Shown here: in pieces, positions 1-10,426 of the stretch
Layout of the letters: the number at the start of each line of letters is the position of its first letter
How positions within the stretch are numbered: the first letter of the stretch is position 1
Virus record (IMG/VR): IMGVR_UViG_3300042542_005523
Strand: one strand, 5' to 3'
Origin: a virus
Taxonomy: Duplodnaviria; Caudoviricetes
Length of the DNA: 64,000 nucleotides
Made by a program: the position numbers and the translations under genes
Notes under the pieces: model-generated
What the model was told of the DNA's origin: nothing
Seen by the model: only the letters and a program-made list of their open reading frames with translations
Databases searched by the model: none

Positions 1-1
1 A

Positions 2-313
2 AAAGAGGTTGGGAACCTTCAGAAGAAAGGTAAGAATCTTAAAACAATTCAGAAGATCCAGGAGTTATTGAATAATTACTTAGAAAAACCAATTAAGGCA
101 GATGGACTTTACGGCGAAGGCACTGAAAAAGCTATCGCGGAGGTATCTAAAGCACTATCTCTAATTGAGCCAGAAGTAAAAAGCGACGGTAAAGTAATGT
201 CACCTCTTTTGCAAGCTATGCTTATGAAAATCGAAGAGAAAGGTGGAAAGGAAAAAGTTAAACAAGCATTCGATAAGGTTTCTAAAGAAGGTGCCGATAC
301 GGAAAAAAAGTAA
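2..313 (+). CDS. C-terminal part of a protein with a peptidoglycan-binding (PG_binding_1-like) motif; 5' end lies outside the window
   Basis: Frame is open from base 2 (KEVGNLQKKGKNLKTIQKIQELLNNYLEKPIKADGLYGEGTEKAI), so the TTG at 68 is not the true start. IQELL...DGLYGEGTEKAI matches the PG-binding LQxxL...DGxFGxxTxxA pattern. Confidence 0.55.
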   Translation, partial: KEVGNLQKKGKNLKTIQKIQELLNNYLEKPIKADGLYGEGTEKAIAEVSKALSLIEPEVKSDGKVMSPLLQAMLMKIEEKGGKEKVKQAFDKVSKEGADTEKK

Positions 314-327
314 ATTAAAGATATCTA

Positions 328-2112
328 ATGAAAATACTGAGCTTCTCAGATTATCTAATTGAAAAGGAGGATCCCAATGAGGGATCCTTCTCTTCTGATG
401 AATTTACTTTTAGAAACGGTATATTCGGAGGGACTAGATTCAAATCTAACAAAAAAATGGATCTCATAGATATCTCAGGAGACACTAAGCTAATGCCCAA
501 GGACGATAAAGCAGTATTGGGGATTAGAAATTGGGAAAGAATATCAGGAATAGATTCCAAAAGGAAAAAAGGATCAGAGGATCAGTATAAATGGATAGAA
601 CTAGAAAATAAAGGTGCGACTAAGAGATATCAGGAAGGCGATCAGGAATTTGATGCAGCGGTGAGATTCATAAATAGATTAATCAATCAACTATATTCCC
701 AAAGTACCAAGGGGGGTGATTCTGAAACTGGTAAGGATATTAGTGCAGACGATTCTATCTATAGGCTATTATTGGATAAAGCTCTTTCAGCATTAGTCAT
801 GATGAGAGCTATTCTACCGGTGAACGCAGAGGGTAAGCCGAAGATAAAAGACCTTCTAGATGACTTTAATATCTACACTAGCATAATAGGTATTCTAAGA
901 CAGGTAAAGCCAGATAAGGCTTCGCATAAAAAAATGTGGGGCGATATAAAGAATCTGGGATCAGAGAGTGAGAAGTACATAGAGGAATTCGGTGAAGTAT
1001 GGGGTGAATTAGAGAAAGCACCAGAGGGAGGAGAGACAAGGCCAGAAATGTTGAATAGAGGGTCTTTGGATTTTAAGAACGCTAAAGAAAAATATAGTGC
1101 CACCGGAAACGGGGCTTCTACTTTTATAAAAGCTGGTATAGATAGTTATGCTAACGGTGGTTTAAATCTATTGGATAGCAACGGAATTGATCTAAACTCT
1201 TTGCAAAAAGTTTTTCCAGAGATCATAAAAAAATACGAGGAAAAAGAAGCGGGAGGAGCAGTTAATGAATCCTATATTAATCTAAAAAATAGATCAGATC
1301 TATTCGAGAGAAAAAAATCAGACGATACTTCCACAGCTCAGATGCAGGAAGCTTCCTACTCAACTCTATTAAATCAAGTAATATCTCTAGCTGGAATCAT
1401 AGATAGCTTCATAGATTTCTTTATAGGATCTCCGTTTGAAACAGAAATCAGAGCTTCAGCCGCTAAGTACCAAAAACCACTTCAGCAGGCTGCACAGTTT
1501 TTATCATCTAATAACTTCTCACAAATAAGAGGAAGTAGTGCAGGTGGCGATAAGATTAAGGAGATAACTGACAACTTAGAAAAGCTATCCGCACAAAACG
1601 GAGAGTTGAGTATCGCTGAGTGGAAAAATAAATCATTAGAAAAATACGGGAACGCTCAGATTTCTAACGACTTTCTTAAAGATGGTGATGAAAAAATAGC
1701 AAGAGCTCAAGGCATAGTAAACGATATGGTTAAGCTGTCTTCTCTTAAACAGAAAGCAGCTTCAACCGAACTTCAAAACGTAATAGCTGATATTGCTAAC
1801 GTAAACACAATGGGTGATCCTAAGATTGATAGAATAGGCGGAGGCGATGGCGTGACAGACGGAGCACCCACCTCTAAAGCAGATATAGAAGAGCTTCAGA
1901 AGGAAATATCTAATATATTGGGTACACCCAAATCTGCTACAGATAAAGTAACACCAGAGGAGGTATTGGAAATAGCTAGATATCTTTCACTGCTAACAGG
2001 AAAGACATATAAAACTGCTAACGGTACCACAGACACAGCGGAGATTAATAAGGACATACGTATATTCCTAGAAAAAAGAGGGGATATAAAGAAAGAGCTA
2101 TACGTTAATTGA
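328..2112 (+). CDS. Hypothetical protein, possibly an internal head protein
   Basis: 594-aa ORF. The N-terminus MKILSFSDYLIE resembles the T4 capsid-targeting sequence (MKTYQEFIAE); internal VNES. Confidence 0.5.
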   Translation: MKILSFSDYLIEKEDPNEGSFSSDEFTFRNGIFGGTRFKSNKKMDLIDISGDTKLMPKDDKAVLGIRNWERISGIDSKRKKGSEDQYKWIELENKGATKRYQEGDQEFDAAVRFINRLINQLYSQSTKGGDSETGKDISADDSIYRLLLDKALSALVMMRAILPVNAEGKPKIKDLLDDFNIYTSIIGILRQVKPDKASHKKMWGDIKNLGSESEKYIEEFGEVWGELEKAPEGGETRPEMLNRGSLDFKNAKEKYSATGNGASTFIKAGIDSYANGGLNLLDSNGIDLNSLQKVFPEIIKKYEEKEAGGAVNESYINLKNRSDLFERKKSDDTSTAQMQEASYSTLLNQVISLAGIIDSFIDFFIGSPFETEIRASAAKYQKPLQQAAQFLSSNNFSQIRGSSAGGDKIKEITDNLEKLSAQNGELSIAEWKNKSLEKYGNAQISNDFLKDGDEKIARAQGIVNDMVKLSSLKQKAASTELQNVIADIANVNTMGDPKIDRIGGGDGVTDGAPTSKADIEELQKEISNILGTPKSATDKVTPEEVLEIARYLSLLTGKTYKTANGTTDTAEINKDIRIFLEKRGDIKKELYVN

Positions 2113-2290
2113 TAATAAATAGTTTTTTTTGTAAAATTATTTATTATTTTGAAACAATTCGTAATTTAACAGCTAAGACTATTACTTGTAATCACCCGGG
2201 GTAATATCATACTAAGACATATAAGAGCCCCAATCTTAGCTTTACAAAGGCCAAATCTAAAACATAAATCCCAATCATAAAATTCTAAAA

Positions 2291-2319
2291 GAAACCTCTT
2301 GCTGTTTTCCGAGTATAAT
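2291..2319 (+). promoter_or_regulatory. Candidate middle promoter GAAAC-N18-TATAAT upstream of uvsX
   Basis: GAAAC 2291-2295, exactly 18 nt, TATAAT 2314-2319. The same spacing recurs at four other gene starts. Confidence 0.7.
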
Positions 2320-2342
2320 ATAGAAAACATTTCTATTTAATT

Positions 2343-3530
2343 ATGGCTAAAACTACATCGGAAAAAGGGAAAGGCTTTTCTTTCCTATCACTGGATAAAG
2401 AGCTTTCAAAGATATCCGGGTTTGAGACGGGGTCTATTCTTTCAGAAAACTCTTTCAGTGAGGTTGACGAGTGGATTTCCACTGGTAACTATCTTCTTAA
2501 TGCCCAAATATCGGGAACCCTATTTGGGGGAATACCAAATACAAGATCGCTAGGTGTCATGGGAGACCCGGGAACGGGTAAATCTTTTTTCTGTCTAAAC
2601 GTCGTTAGAGAGGCACAGAAGCAAGGATACGATGTCATATATTGTGACACAGAGGGTGCTATTGATAAAAGCAGCGCTAAAAACTTCGGTATTGATCTAA
2701 ACAAGATTAGATACCAGCCTATTCAAACTGTTTCACAATTCCAAACATTTGTATCTAATATATTAGATCTTGTTAAGAAATCCAAAAGTGAGGGCGAAAA
2801 TCCAAAGATCTTATTGATACTTGATTCTTTAGGTATGCTTAGTACGGATAAGGAACTAGCCGATGCTCTAAAAGGGCATAATGCAGCAGATATGGGGGCT
2901 AAAGCTAAGGAGCTTAGAAAGCTATTTAGAGTTATTACACTAGACCTAACTGCAGCTAAGATCCCTTTGATCTGTACAAACCACGTTTATACCGGAGGTG
3001 GCTACATGCCGACCAAAGAAAGCTCAGGTGGCGATGGACCAATCTTCGCTATGTCTGCTGTTGCGTTTCTTTCTAAGGCTCAGCTGAAAGATGGTGCAGG
3101 CACTAAGACTGGTATAGTTGTTACCTCCAATCTTAAGAAAAGTAGATTCACTGTCCCTGAAATGATCAAGTTTCATATATCATTTGCTAATGGTATGAAT
3201 CCATATGTTGGATTACAGGACTATGTTTCTTGGGATGTTTGCGGTATAGAAAGAGGTAAATTCGAGGAAGTAAAGAACGCTGAAGGTAAAAAAGAAATGG
3301 TTTTTAAGCCTAACGCATCGGCAGTTAGATGGGGCGTTAAACATCTAGGAAAGACCATAGCATCTACGGAGTTATTCTCACCCAATATTTTCACTGATGA
3401 GGTTTTAAAAAATATTGACGAGCGCGTAATCCAGCCTAAATTCAAATTGCCAGATCTATCCGATCCTACTGAAATTTTAGATGAATTGGAAATGGGCGGA
3501 AATGAGGTAGACGACAATGGAGAGGAATAA
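2343..3530 (+). CDS. uvsX: RecA/UvsX-like recombinase
   Basis: Walker A GDPGTGKS, YCDTEGA, Walker B LILDSLGML, ICTNHVY, SGGDG; T4-like context. Confidence 0.9.
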   Translation: MAKTTSEKGKGFSFLSLDKELSKISGFETGSILSENSFSEVDEWISTGNYLLNAQISGTLFGGIPNTRSLGVMGDPGTGKSFFCLNVVREAQKQGYDVIYCDTEGAIDKSSAKNFGIDLNKIRYQPIQTVSQFQTFVSNILDLVKKSKSEGENPKILLILDSLGMLSTDKELADALKGHNAADMGAKAKELRKLFRVITLDLTAAKIPLICTNHVYTGGGYMPTKESSGGDGPIFAMSAVAFLSKAQLKDGAGTKTGIVVTSNLKKSRFTVPEMIKFHISFANGMNPYVGLQDYVSWDVCGIERGKFEEVKNAEGKKEMVFKPNASAVRWGVKHLGKTIASTELFSPNIFTDEVLKNIDERVIQPKFKLPDLSDPTEILDELEMGGNEVDDNGEE

Positions 3531-3819
3531 GATCGAGTTTAAGTATTTGATGGGCTTGTGGAAAACTCTACCCGACTACCCTACTAAGAAAGATATAACA
3601 TACGAATTAAGCGTTTATCTTTTAAAGGACGGCAGGCCAAACGGTGAGTTTTCACACCAGACCTTCAATTCTGCCTTTGGCTCGGATTGGGAAAAGACCG
3701 AACACAAAAGAATAGTAGATGAAATGATTAAAGATGGTGACTTCGAGGAAACCTCTAAGTCATCTGTCACTAAGAGATGGTATAGAATTAAAAATAACCC
3801 TTATTATAACAGGAAATAG
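3517..3819 (+). CDS. Hypothetical protein
   Basis: 100-aa ORF overlapping the uvsX stop and abutting the helicase start. Confidence 0.7.
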   Translation: MERNKIEFKYLMGLWKTLPDYPTKKDITYELSVYLLKDGRPNGEFSHQTFNSAFGSDWEKTEHKRIVDEMIKDGDFEETSKSSVTKRWYRIKNNPYYNRK

Positions 3820-5121
3820 ATGGATTTAAGTTACTCTGAAAATATTATCATCAAGAACATTCTAGAAGACAAGTCTTATCTAGAAGTTGTAAAATCTGAT
3901 TTTTTTAAGAACGAGGGATTTAAAACCATAGTAGAGGTAGCCAAGGATTTCTGGGAGAGATATAAGGAATCGCCAACTAGAGAGCAGATAAAAGAGGCTC
4001 TTAAGATATCTGGCAGAATAGATAGTGTATCAATAAGCGAGATTGATAGCATATATGACGTTGATCTAAATAAATACGACTCCGATTGGCTCATAGAGAC
4101 CACCCAGTTTTTTATTGAATATAAGAATCTGACAAAGTCAGCTGTTGATGCGGTTAAGTATCTACAGAGCACGCCTGTTACTTCTGAAAATATAAAGTCT
4201 GTTATTGAGACTTTTAAGAGTATAGTAAACGATAGAAATAATCTAGATTTCTCTTTCGATGAGGGATTAGATTTCTTTAATGCTGAGAATCACAAGCAAC
4301 CCACTACCAACACATTCTCTAGCGGTTATACTTTTATAGATACCGTATTAGGAGGTGGATTTTCAGCTAAGGCATTATATGTTTTCATGGGTATGCCTAA
4401 GGTAGGTAAAAGTTTATGGCTCGGAAACATAGCTGCTCAAGCAGTTAGATCTGGTCATAATGTAGGTATCATTTCCCTGGAAATGAGTGATCGAAAATAT
4501 GTGAAGAGATTAGGTGCTAATATCTTAGGTATACCCGTTGGTGAATACAACGATAGGGCCGAGGATGACCAACTAATAAAGAAGAAAATTCAGTCTGTAG
4601 CTTTTGATAATCTGCAAATCCCTGGTAAATTGTTTGTCAAGGAATTTCCAACATCACAAGCATCAGTACATGATGTTGAGAGATATTTAAGAAAAATTGA
4701 GGAAAGTAAGGGTATAAAATTTAAGGTTGTTATTGTGGATTATATTAACATTATGAAGAATTGGCGAAATCCGAATTCAGAGAACACCTACATGAAGATT
4801 AAGCAGATTGCAGAGGATTTAAGAGGAATTGCCATGGCGAATGAATGGTCCATAATTACAGCAACACAAACCAAACAATCTGATTTTGATTCATCGGATT
4901 TGAGTATCAACTCAGCTGCCGAATCATCAGGTCTAGTAGCTACCGTTGATGGTATGTTTGGCATCATTCAAGATCCCATGATGTACGCAAATAGGGAGTA
5001 TAAATTGAAGATATTGGCAAACCGTGATGACGGTTATAAAAATGCACATAAGATTTTCAACGTCGATTACAAGTTCATGAGAATAGTAGAAGACACGAAT
5101 ACACCCATGCACACAGAATAA
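3820..5121 (+). CDS. gp41: DnaB-like replicative helicase (T4 gp41-like)
   Basis: Walker A GMPKVGKS, ISLEMS, VIVDYINIM, EDLRGIA, ITATQT, AAESSGL motifs. Confidence 0.9.
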   Translation: MDLSYSENIIIKNILEDKSYLEVVKSDFFKNEGFKTIVEVAKDFWERYKESPTREQIKEALKISGRIDSVSISEIDSIYDVDLNKYDSDWLIETTQFFIEYKNLTKSAVDAVKYLQSTPVTSENIKSVIETFKSIVNDRNNLDFSFDEGLDFFNAENHKQPTTNTFSSGYTFIDTVLGGGFSAKALYVFMGMPKVGKSLWLGNIAAQAVRSGHNVGIISLEMSDRKYVKRLGANILGIPVGEYNDRAEDDQLIKKKIQSVAFDNLQIPGKLFVKEFPTSQASVHDVERYLRKIEESKGIKFKVVIVDYINIMKNWRNPNSENTYMKIKQIAEDLRGIAMANEWSIITATQTKQSDFDSSDLSINSAAESSGLVATVDGMFGIIQDPMMYANREYKLKILANRDDGYKNAHKIFNVDYKFMRIVEDTNTPMHTE

Positions 5122-5130
5122 AAAAATAGC

Positions 5131-5595
5131 ATGGTAGAAAAAAAAGAAGAAGAACAGCCAAATAAAAAACTTGGCGATAAAATATTCGGTGCACATAATA
5201 ATCCAACAAAGGACTCTGATTACAGTGATAACTTTGATGTTGATTTTTCGCACGTGATAATAGAGGATCGATACGACGAGGAGGAGTATCTCTATAAAAA
5301 AAAACTGGAGGAAGCAGTGTATGTTGCTTTCCAGAATTCACGCTGGCATCCGCTTAGCTATAAGAAGAAAATACCAAAGGATCTTATACCCCACTTATTC
5401 CATGAGATATTGGAGCAAATGGAAGAAACTGAATTTAACTTCATAGAGAAGTTTGTCAGCATATGTGATTTTGTATCTCTTTCGTATACTAAAGCATATG
5501 ATGTGATTCCGACTAAATATAAAGAAAAAATAGTCAACGAGTTGGAGATAAAGTATAGCGTTTTATCAAAAAGAAACATAAGTAAATTGTTTTAA
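5131..5595 (+). CDS. Hypothetical protein
   Basis: 154-aa ORF tightly packed between the helicase and the nuclease. Confidence 0.7.
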   Translation: MVEKKEEEQPNKKLGDKIFGAHNNPTKDSDYSDNFDVDFSHVIIEDRYDEEEYLYKKKLEEAVYVAFQNSRWHPLSYKKKIPKDLIPHLFHEILEQMEETEFNFIEKFVSICDFVSLSYTKAYDVIPTKYKEKIVNELEIKYSVLSKRNISKLF

Positions 5596-5604
5596 TCACT
5601 ATAA

Positions 5605-6708
5605 ATGGTAGAGAATAAGGAAGCTAAAAGAGTTTGGTTTATTACAGATACCCACCTGGGGGTAAGAAACAATTCTAACGAGTGGATAGATTATATAAGA
5701 TCTTATTTCTTTGATTGGTTTTTTCCACTTGTGAAACAGCACTGGAAACCAGGAGACGTTCTGCTACATCTTGGTGATTATTACGACTCTAGACAGAGTG
5801 TCAATCTTAAAGTTTTAAACATGGGAGTTGAAGTAGCTGAGGAGCTATCTAGACTATTTCCGGATGGAATTTATTTTATAATAGGTAACCATGATATTTG
5901 GGGGGTCTCCAATAATGGGGTCAATTCTTTGAAGTCAATAAAATGGGTACCCGGTATTACTATTTTCGAAGAACCTGAAACACTTGTACTTTCTGACAAG
6001 AGATTTTATATGATGCCTTGGAGAAAGAATCATGACGAGGAGGAGGCCACCCTTGAAGGTGCTGAACCCCATGATTATCTATGCTGTCATACAGATATAA
6101 GGGGACTTAAGTTTAATAGAGCAGTACATATCGAGAATGGCGCTAACATAGATAAATTCAGAAAATTTGATCGAGTTTACTCTGGCCATATACACTATTC
6201 ACAGACGGTTGATAATATTAAGATGCTAGGATCTCCCTATGAGATAACAAGATCCGATATGGGTAATCCTAAAGGAATAACTCTTCTTGATTTATCCAAC
6301 GGCGGGGAAACGTATTTTCCTAATGAATTTTCTCCTAAGTTCAAAAAACTTTATTTTGACGAGATCCTGGATATGAATTCTTTGGAGGTCGAGGAGCTGT
6401 TCAGGAATAACTTTGTTGATATAATGATAGATCCAAGAATGGCTCTAAAAGCACCACTGAATATCATAACAGACACAATACAGTCACAAAGAAAATTAAG
6501 TTTTCATCCATACGATCCAGAGCAAGCAAACCCTCTCTCCGTACAGATAATGGAAACTGACGGAAAGCAGTTCAATGTTTTGGATTTCATAGGTGAATAT
6601 GTGAGAACTATCGAAACAGATGAAGACACCAAAGATAAAATAAAGAGAAGTTTAGGTAAACTGTATCAAACAGTCGTAGAAAAGGATCAGGAAAACAGAG
6701 AGCTATGA
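5605..6708 (+). CDS. gp47: Mre11/SbcD-like metallophosphoesterase nuclease (gp47-like)
   Basis: DTHLG, HLGDYYD, GNHD, CHTDI, SGHIH metallophosphoesterase motifs; directly upstream of an SMC ATPase. Confidence 0.9.
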   Translation: MVENKEAKRVWFITDTHLGVRNNSNEWIDYIRSYFFDWFFPLVKQHWKPGDVLLHLGDYYDSRQSVNLKVLNMGVEVAEELSRLFPDGIYFIIGNHDIWGVSNNGVNSLKSIKWVPGITIFEEPETLVLSDKRFYMMPWRKNHDEEEATLEGAEPHDYLCCHTDIRGLKFNRAVHIENGANIDKFRKFDRVYSGHIHYSQTVDNIKMLGSPYEITRSDMGNPKGITLLDLSNGGETYFPNEFSPKFKKLYFDEILDMNSLEVEELFRNNFVDIMIDPRMALKAPLNIITDTIQSQRKLSFHPYDPEQANPLSVQIMETDGKQFNVLDFIGEYVRTIETDEDTKDKIKRSLGKLYQTVVEKDQENREL

Positions 6709-8372
6709 AGATAAAGAAAGTAGAGTGGAAAAATTTTGCTTCATATGGCAATAGAAAGCAGATTCTTGAATTTCCCGATGAACCCTCACTTTTTCAGGTT
6801 ATAGGAGAAAATGGATCGGGCAAGTCATCTATATCCCAGGTTATAACATTTGCTTTCTATGGTAAAGTAGAGGGTAAGAAATTAGGTGATATTCCTAATA
6901 GAATAAACGGAAATGCGTGGGTTCGTGTTGAATTTGAATCTGATGGCAGAAATATAGCCGTTGAAAGAGGACTAGAGCCTAGCTTATTTGACCTGTATAT
7001 TGATGGCATGAAGTACGATCAAGCTGGTCAAAGAACTGTACAGGAGTATTTATCAGATGATATTTTGGGAATACCGTATTATGTTTTCAATAATACAATC
7101 TTACTCTCCATTAATGACTTTAAGAGTTTTATTAAAATGAGTGTTCAGGACAAAAGGGCAATCGTTGATAAAATATTCGGATTCCACATATTGAACCAAA
7201 TGAGGGATGCCCTCAAAGAGGAATCTAAGAAAATAAAGGAATCGATGGATAATCTGTCCGGGCAGATGATCTCAATTAAAAACTCAATAGAGAAGTCGCA
7301 TTATGAAATGGAATCTCTTGCTTCTGAAATAGAAGAAAAGTCAAAGGAAAGACTAGGATCTCTTAACGAATCTCTTGAAGCTTTCATCAAGCTGCAGGAA
7401 ATACATTCTCAAAAAATAACAGATTTTAAAAAAATTGAGACTGAGTTTAATTCCAGCAATCTTAGTGCAAACCAATCACTGACTGAAGCAAGAACTAAGA
7501 TGAAGGATATTTTAAGAAGATTGTCCCTGTATGAATCTGATAAATGTCCCACATGCGAGTCACCCCTAGATACTGATTTTCATAGTGATGTCAAAAATGG
7601 TCTAGAGGTTGAATCTAAAAAAATGGAAAGCAATCTTAGTGAAATTGAATCCCTGATTTTAGACCTTAGAAAAAAAGAGGCAGACATAAATTCAACAAAA
7701 TCAGATCTGAGGGACAAAGGAAATAAAATATCTGCTAAGATCATAGAGGTAAATAGGGAAATAGAGTCTCTATCTCATAAGAGCGGCAGGGATGAACAGC
7801 TTGGTGCGTTAAAGAGGATAATAGATAATCTGGAGAGCGACAGCCAATCGATACAATCTGAGTCTTTTAAGGTGGAGGAAAAATCTAACTGGATAAAGAC
7901 TTTGGATGATATATTAGGGGAGAAGGGTGTTAAACAATTGGCTATACGAACCATACTTCCATCACTCAATTCTGAAATATTGGATCTTCTTGGACAAATG
8001 CACCTTGATTATCAAGTAGTGTTTGATGAGGAGTTTAAAGCTACCATATATCACATGGGGATAGAGATACCAGTTCAGACCCTTAGCACCGGTGAAATGA
8101 AGAAGGTCGATTTTGTTGTTCTTGTGGCGATAATGAAGCTAATGAAACTTAAATTTTCATCCATAAATCTACTATTCCTCGACGAGCTTTTTAGTTCCGT
8201 CGACCCGGATGGGATTTACTCTATATTAAAAATATTACAGAAGGTAACTAGAGAACTTGGCCTTAATATATTTGTGATTAATCACGCTCCAATGCCGCAT
8301 GAGATATTCGATTGGAAGCTTGAGGTTAAAAAGATGAACAACTTCTCTACTATAACCATAGACAAGTTCTAA
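6705..8372 (+). CDS. gp46: Rad50/SbcC-like SMC ATPase (gp46-like)
   Basis: Walker A GENGSGKS, coiled coil with zinc hook CPTC, signature LSTGE, Walker B LFLDE, INH. Confidence 0.92.
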   Translation: MKIKKVEWKNFASYGNRKQILEFPDEPSLFQVIGENGSGKSSISQVITFAFYGKVEGKKLGDIPNRINGNAWVRVEFESDGRNIAVERGLEPSLFDLYIDGMKYDQAGQRTVQEYLSDDILGIPYYVFNNTILLSINDFKSFIKMSVQDKRAIVDKIFGFHILNQMRDALKEESKKIKESMDNLSGQMISIKNSIEKSHYEMESLASEIEEKSKERLGSLNESLEAFIKLQEIHSQKITDFKKIETEFNSSNLSANQSLTEARTKMKDILRRLSLYESDKCPTCESPLDTDFHSDVKNGLEVESKKMESNLSEIESLILDLRKKEADINSTKSDLRDKGNKISAKIIEVNREIESLSHKSGRDEQLGALKRIIDNLESDSQSIQSESFKVEEKSNWIKTLDDILGEKGVKQLAIRTILPSLNSEILDLLGQMHLDYQVVFDEEFKATIYHMGIEIPVQTLSTGEMKKVDFVVLVAIMKLMKLKFSSINLLFLDELFSSVDPDGIYSILKILQKVTRELGLNIFVINHAPMPHEIFDWKLEVKKMNNFSTITIDKF

Positions 8373-8386
8373 TTTTTATTTTATAG

Positions 8387-8395
8387 AATATATAG
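8387..8395 (+). promoter_or_regulatory. Candidate late promoter (A/G)ATATATAG
   Basis: AATATATAG precedes the structural block; the same motif precedes several other structural genes. Confidence 0.5.
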
Positions 8396-8418
8396 GATAG
8401 AAAAATCTCTATTCAATA

Positions 8419-9312
8419 TTGGCACAATCCGGAAGAAAAAGAATCCTAAGAGCTACCCAAGCTACAACCCCTCAATCTCAGACCAAGAAAATTGATCAGA
8501 ATAAAAAGAAGGCTGGGCTGGGTAATATACCTAGCACATATTTTGAGCCGGGATTAAGTGGGGGTATACCAGGTGTAGGATTACTGAAACCTAGACCAGT
8601 TTCCACACAAAACTATCAGCCGGTTACGAATAATCAAAATAGACCAGTATATAGTACAAATACAATAGCTAAGTACAGTTACTTCTTTGTAGAATATGAC
8701 AACATATACACCCCTCTAAGAGATGGCGTTTTGTATACTTTTGTTGTTATTATAACCCTTTCCCCGCAGACCGATAATAATGTGGCTATCATGTTAGGAA
8801 AGATTAAAAAGAGGATAACCCCTTTAACGGCAGATACTTACAAAAATGGATCGTTTAATCATCCGACATACGTAAATCAAAATGGAGATCCTTTATCGTT
8901 TAGATACGCGGAAATTCCTTTAGTGGTTCAAAAAACACCTGGAAGATTGGATAATGTTCCTATAGGATATCCTAACTTCGATTCAACACCAAGCCCAATT
9001 AGTACATCTCAAGGGCCATTTCCGTCTGCCCCTATTGTTAATTTCACAACAGCAACAGGTGCAACCTCAGGTGTTACTATTTCTGCAGGCGGTACGGTTT
9101 ATTTTATCGATGCCTCTGTTCAAAGTCCTTCCGCATATAGACCACTTGGCTGGACCTGGAATTTTGGTGCAACAGCATCACCCACCGGGTCCACAGACAG
9201 AAAACAGATAGTTACATACGGGGCTACTGGAGTATATAGCGTTACCCTTACTGCTTATAATGCAGGGGGAACCGGATCAAAAACAAAATCTACATTTGTA
9301 ACTGTAACTTAA
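8419..9312 (+). CDS. Virion protein with C-terminal PKD (Ig-like) domain
   Basis: C-terminal PIVNFT...VYFIDAS...WTWNFG...TYGATGVYSVTLTAYN is a typical PKD pattern. TTG start is uncertain. Confidence 0.7.
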   Translation: MAQSGRKRILRATQATTPQSQTKKIDQNKKKAGLGNIPSTYFEPGLSGGIPGVGLLKPRPVSTQNYQPVTNNQNRPVYSTNTIAKYSYFFVEYDNIYTPLRDGVLYTFVVIITLSPQTDNNVAIMLGKIKKRITPLTADTYKNGSFNHPTYVNQNGDPLSFRYAEIPLVVQKTPGRLDNVPIGYPNFDSTPSPISTSQGPFPSAPIVNFTTATGATSGVTISAGGTVYFIDASVQSPSAYRPLGWTWNFGATASPTGSTDRKQIVTYGATGVYSVTLTAYNAGGTGSKTKSTFVTVT

Positions 9313-9313
9313 T

Positions 9314-10063
9314 ATGAGCGGATTTTTAGAAAAATACAACACCGACGAGGTATTCTTAAGAAACCTTATCATATCTTTTATTAGATCGCTGAATGATAAA
9401 CTAACCTATATACAGGTAAACGATCAGCAGCAAACACTAGAGGTTTTTGTTCCCTTTTTTTATTCGATGACTGGAGACGAGAGCTTTTTGCAAGACTTCT
9501 TTATAGAATATAAAAACTGTCTTACTGACGAACCCCATGCTGAGGGTAACTATGACGTAGTCCCAAGAGGAATAGTTAAAATGACAGCTAGTAACATAGA
9601 TGTAGCTGGTATAATGAACCCCAATGTTAGAATGTCATACACGATGGAGGATCTAGACGGTAACATGAAAACATTCTCTGCTTATACTAAGCCGGTTCCT
9701 CTTACTGTTTCTTTTGACGTTAGTATAATAACAGATACTATGTTAGATGCTTTTAAAATCTACCAGTCTGTAATAACTACTTTCTATAAAACATATACTT
9801 TTGCTTTTGAGTTCCAGGGATTGAGAATACCCGCTATTGCTGGATTTCCAGAACAGATAACGAACGACAAGCAGTTTGAATTTACGTACGGTAGTTCTCA
9901 GAAGTTTATAACAAGCCAATTTTCAGTTGAGATTCAGACTTACTTCCCAGAAAAAGACCTAACCACGGAAAGGTTCAGGGGTAATTTGATGCAAGCTGGA
10001 ATCAGAGCAGTCCAAAAATTGGACGAAAGAAATGTTAATAGAGGAAATAATAGAATAGTCTAA
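9314..10063 (+). CDS. gp15: Tail terminator / sheath stabiliser (gp15-like)
   Basis: FLRNLIISF...VPFFY...VPRG...PVPLTVSFDVSI...DAFKIYQSV layout resembles T4-like gp15; structural context. Confidence 0.6.
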   Translation: MSGFLEKYNTDEVFLRNLIISFIRSLNDKLTYIQVNDQQQTLEVFVPFFYSMTGDESFLQDFFIEYKNCLTDEPHAEGNYDVVPRGIVKMTASNIDVAGIMNPNVRMSYTMEDLDGNMKTFSAYTKPVPLTVSFDVSIITDTMLDAFKIYQSVITTFYKTYTFAFEFQGLRIPAIAGFPEQITNDKQFEFTYGSSQKFITSQFSVEIQTYFPEKDLTTERFRGNLMQAGIRAVQKLDERNVNRGNNRIV

Positions 10064-10083
10064 TGTTCTATATTATCAACGCG

Positions 10084-10092
10084 GATATATAG
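10084..10092 (+). promoter_or_regulatory. Candidate late promoter GATATATAG upstream of the fibre operon
   Basis: Exact GATATATAG, also found at 35710, 40923, 53827 and 53857. Confidence 0.6.
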
Positions 10093-10115
10093 ATCAGATA
10101 AAATATTCGTGCCTC

Positions 10116-10409
10116 ATGAACAACTCACAGCTCCCATTTAATCCAGAAGAATTTGCAAATAGGATAATCGACGGTAGCAATAGTGAAACCCTCGATCAGC
10201 TTTATTTTGTGGGCAGTGCTAAATCATACATTAAAAAAGTTGACACAGGAAACTCATTAACCGTGAAAGCTTCTGGTAATTTCTTTAGTAATGTTGCGGG
10301 ACAGGAATTCAGGGACATATTAGACGGTGGAACGTCCACCCCAGGATCATATCAGTATTATGGTGTGATTGTAGGTGGTGTTTTCCCAACGGAAAAAAAT
10401 GGAATATAA
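10116..10409 (+). CDS. Hypothetical structural protein
   Basis: 97-aa ORF after the late-promoter motif. Confidence 0.6.
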   Translation: MNNSQLPFNPEEFANRIIDGSNSETLDQLYFVGSAKSYIKKVDTGNSLTVKASGNFFSNVAGQEFRDILDGGTSTPGSYQYYGVIVGGVFPTEKNGI

Positions 10410-10426
10410 AAATAGAAATATAAAAA

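Noticed and set aside
299-318. A AAA AAG before the stop of the first ORF as a -1 frameshift site
   Set aside because: The -1 frame stops after two codons (GTA AAT TAA), so there is no meaningful extension.
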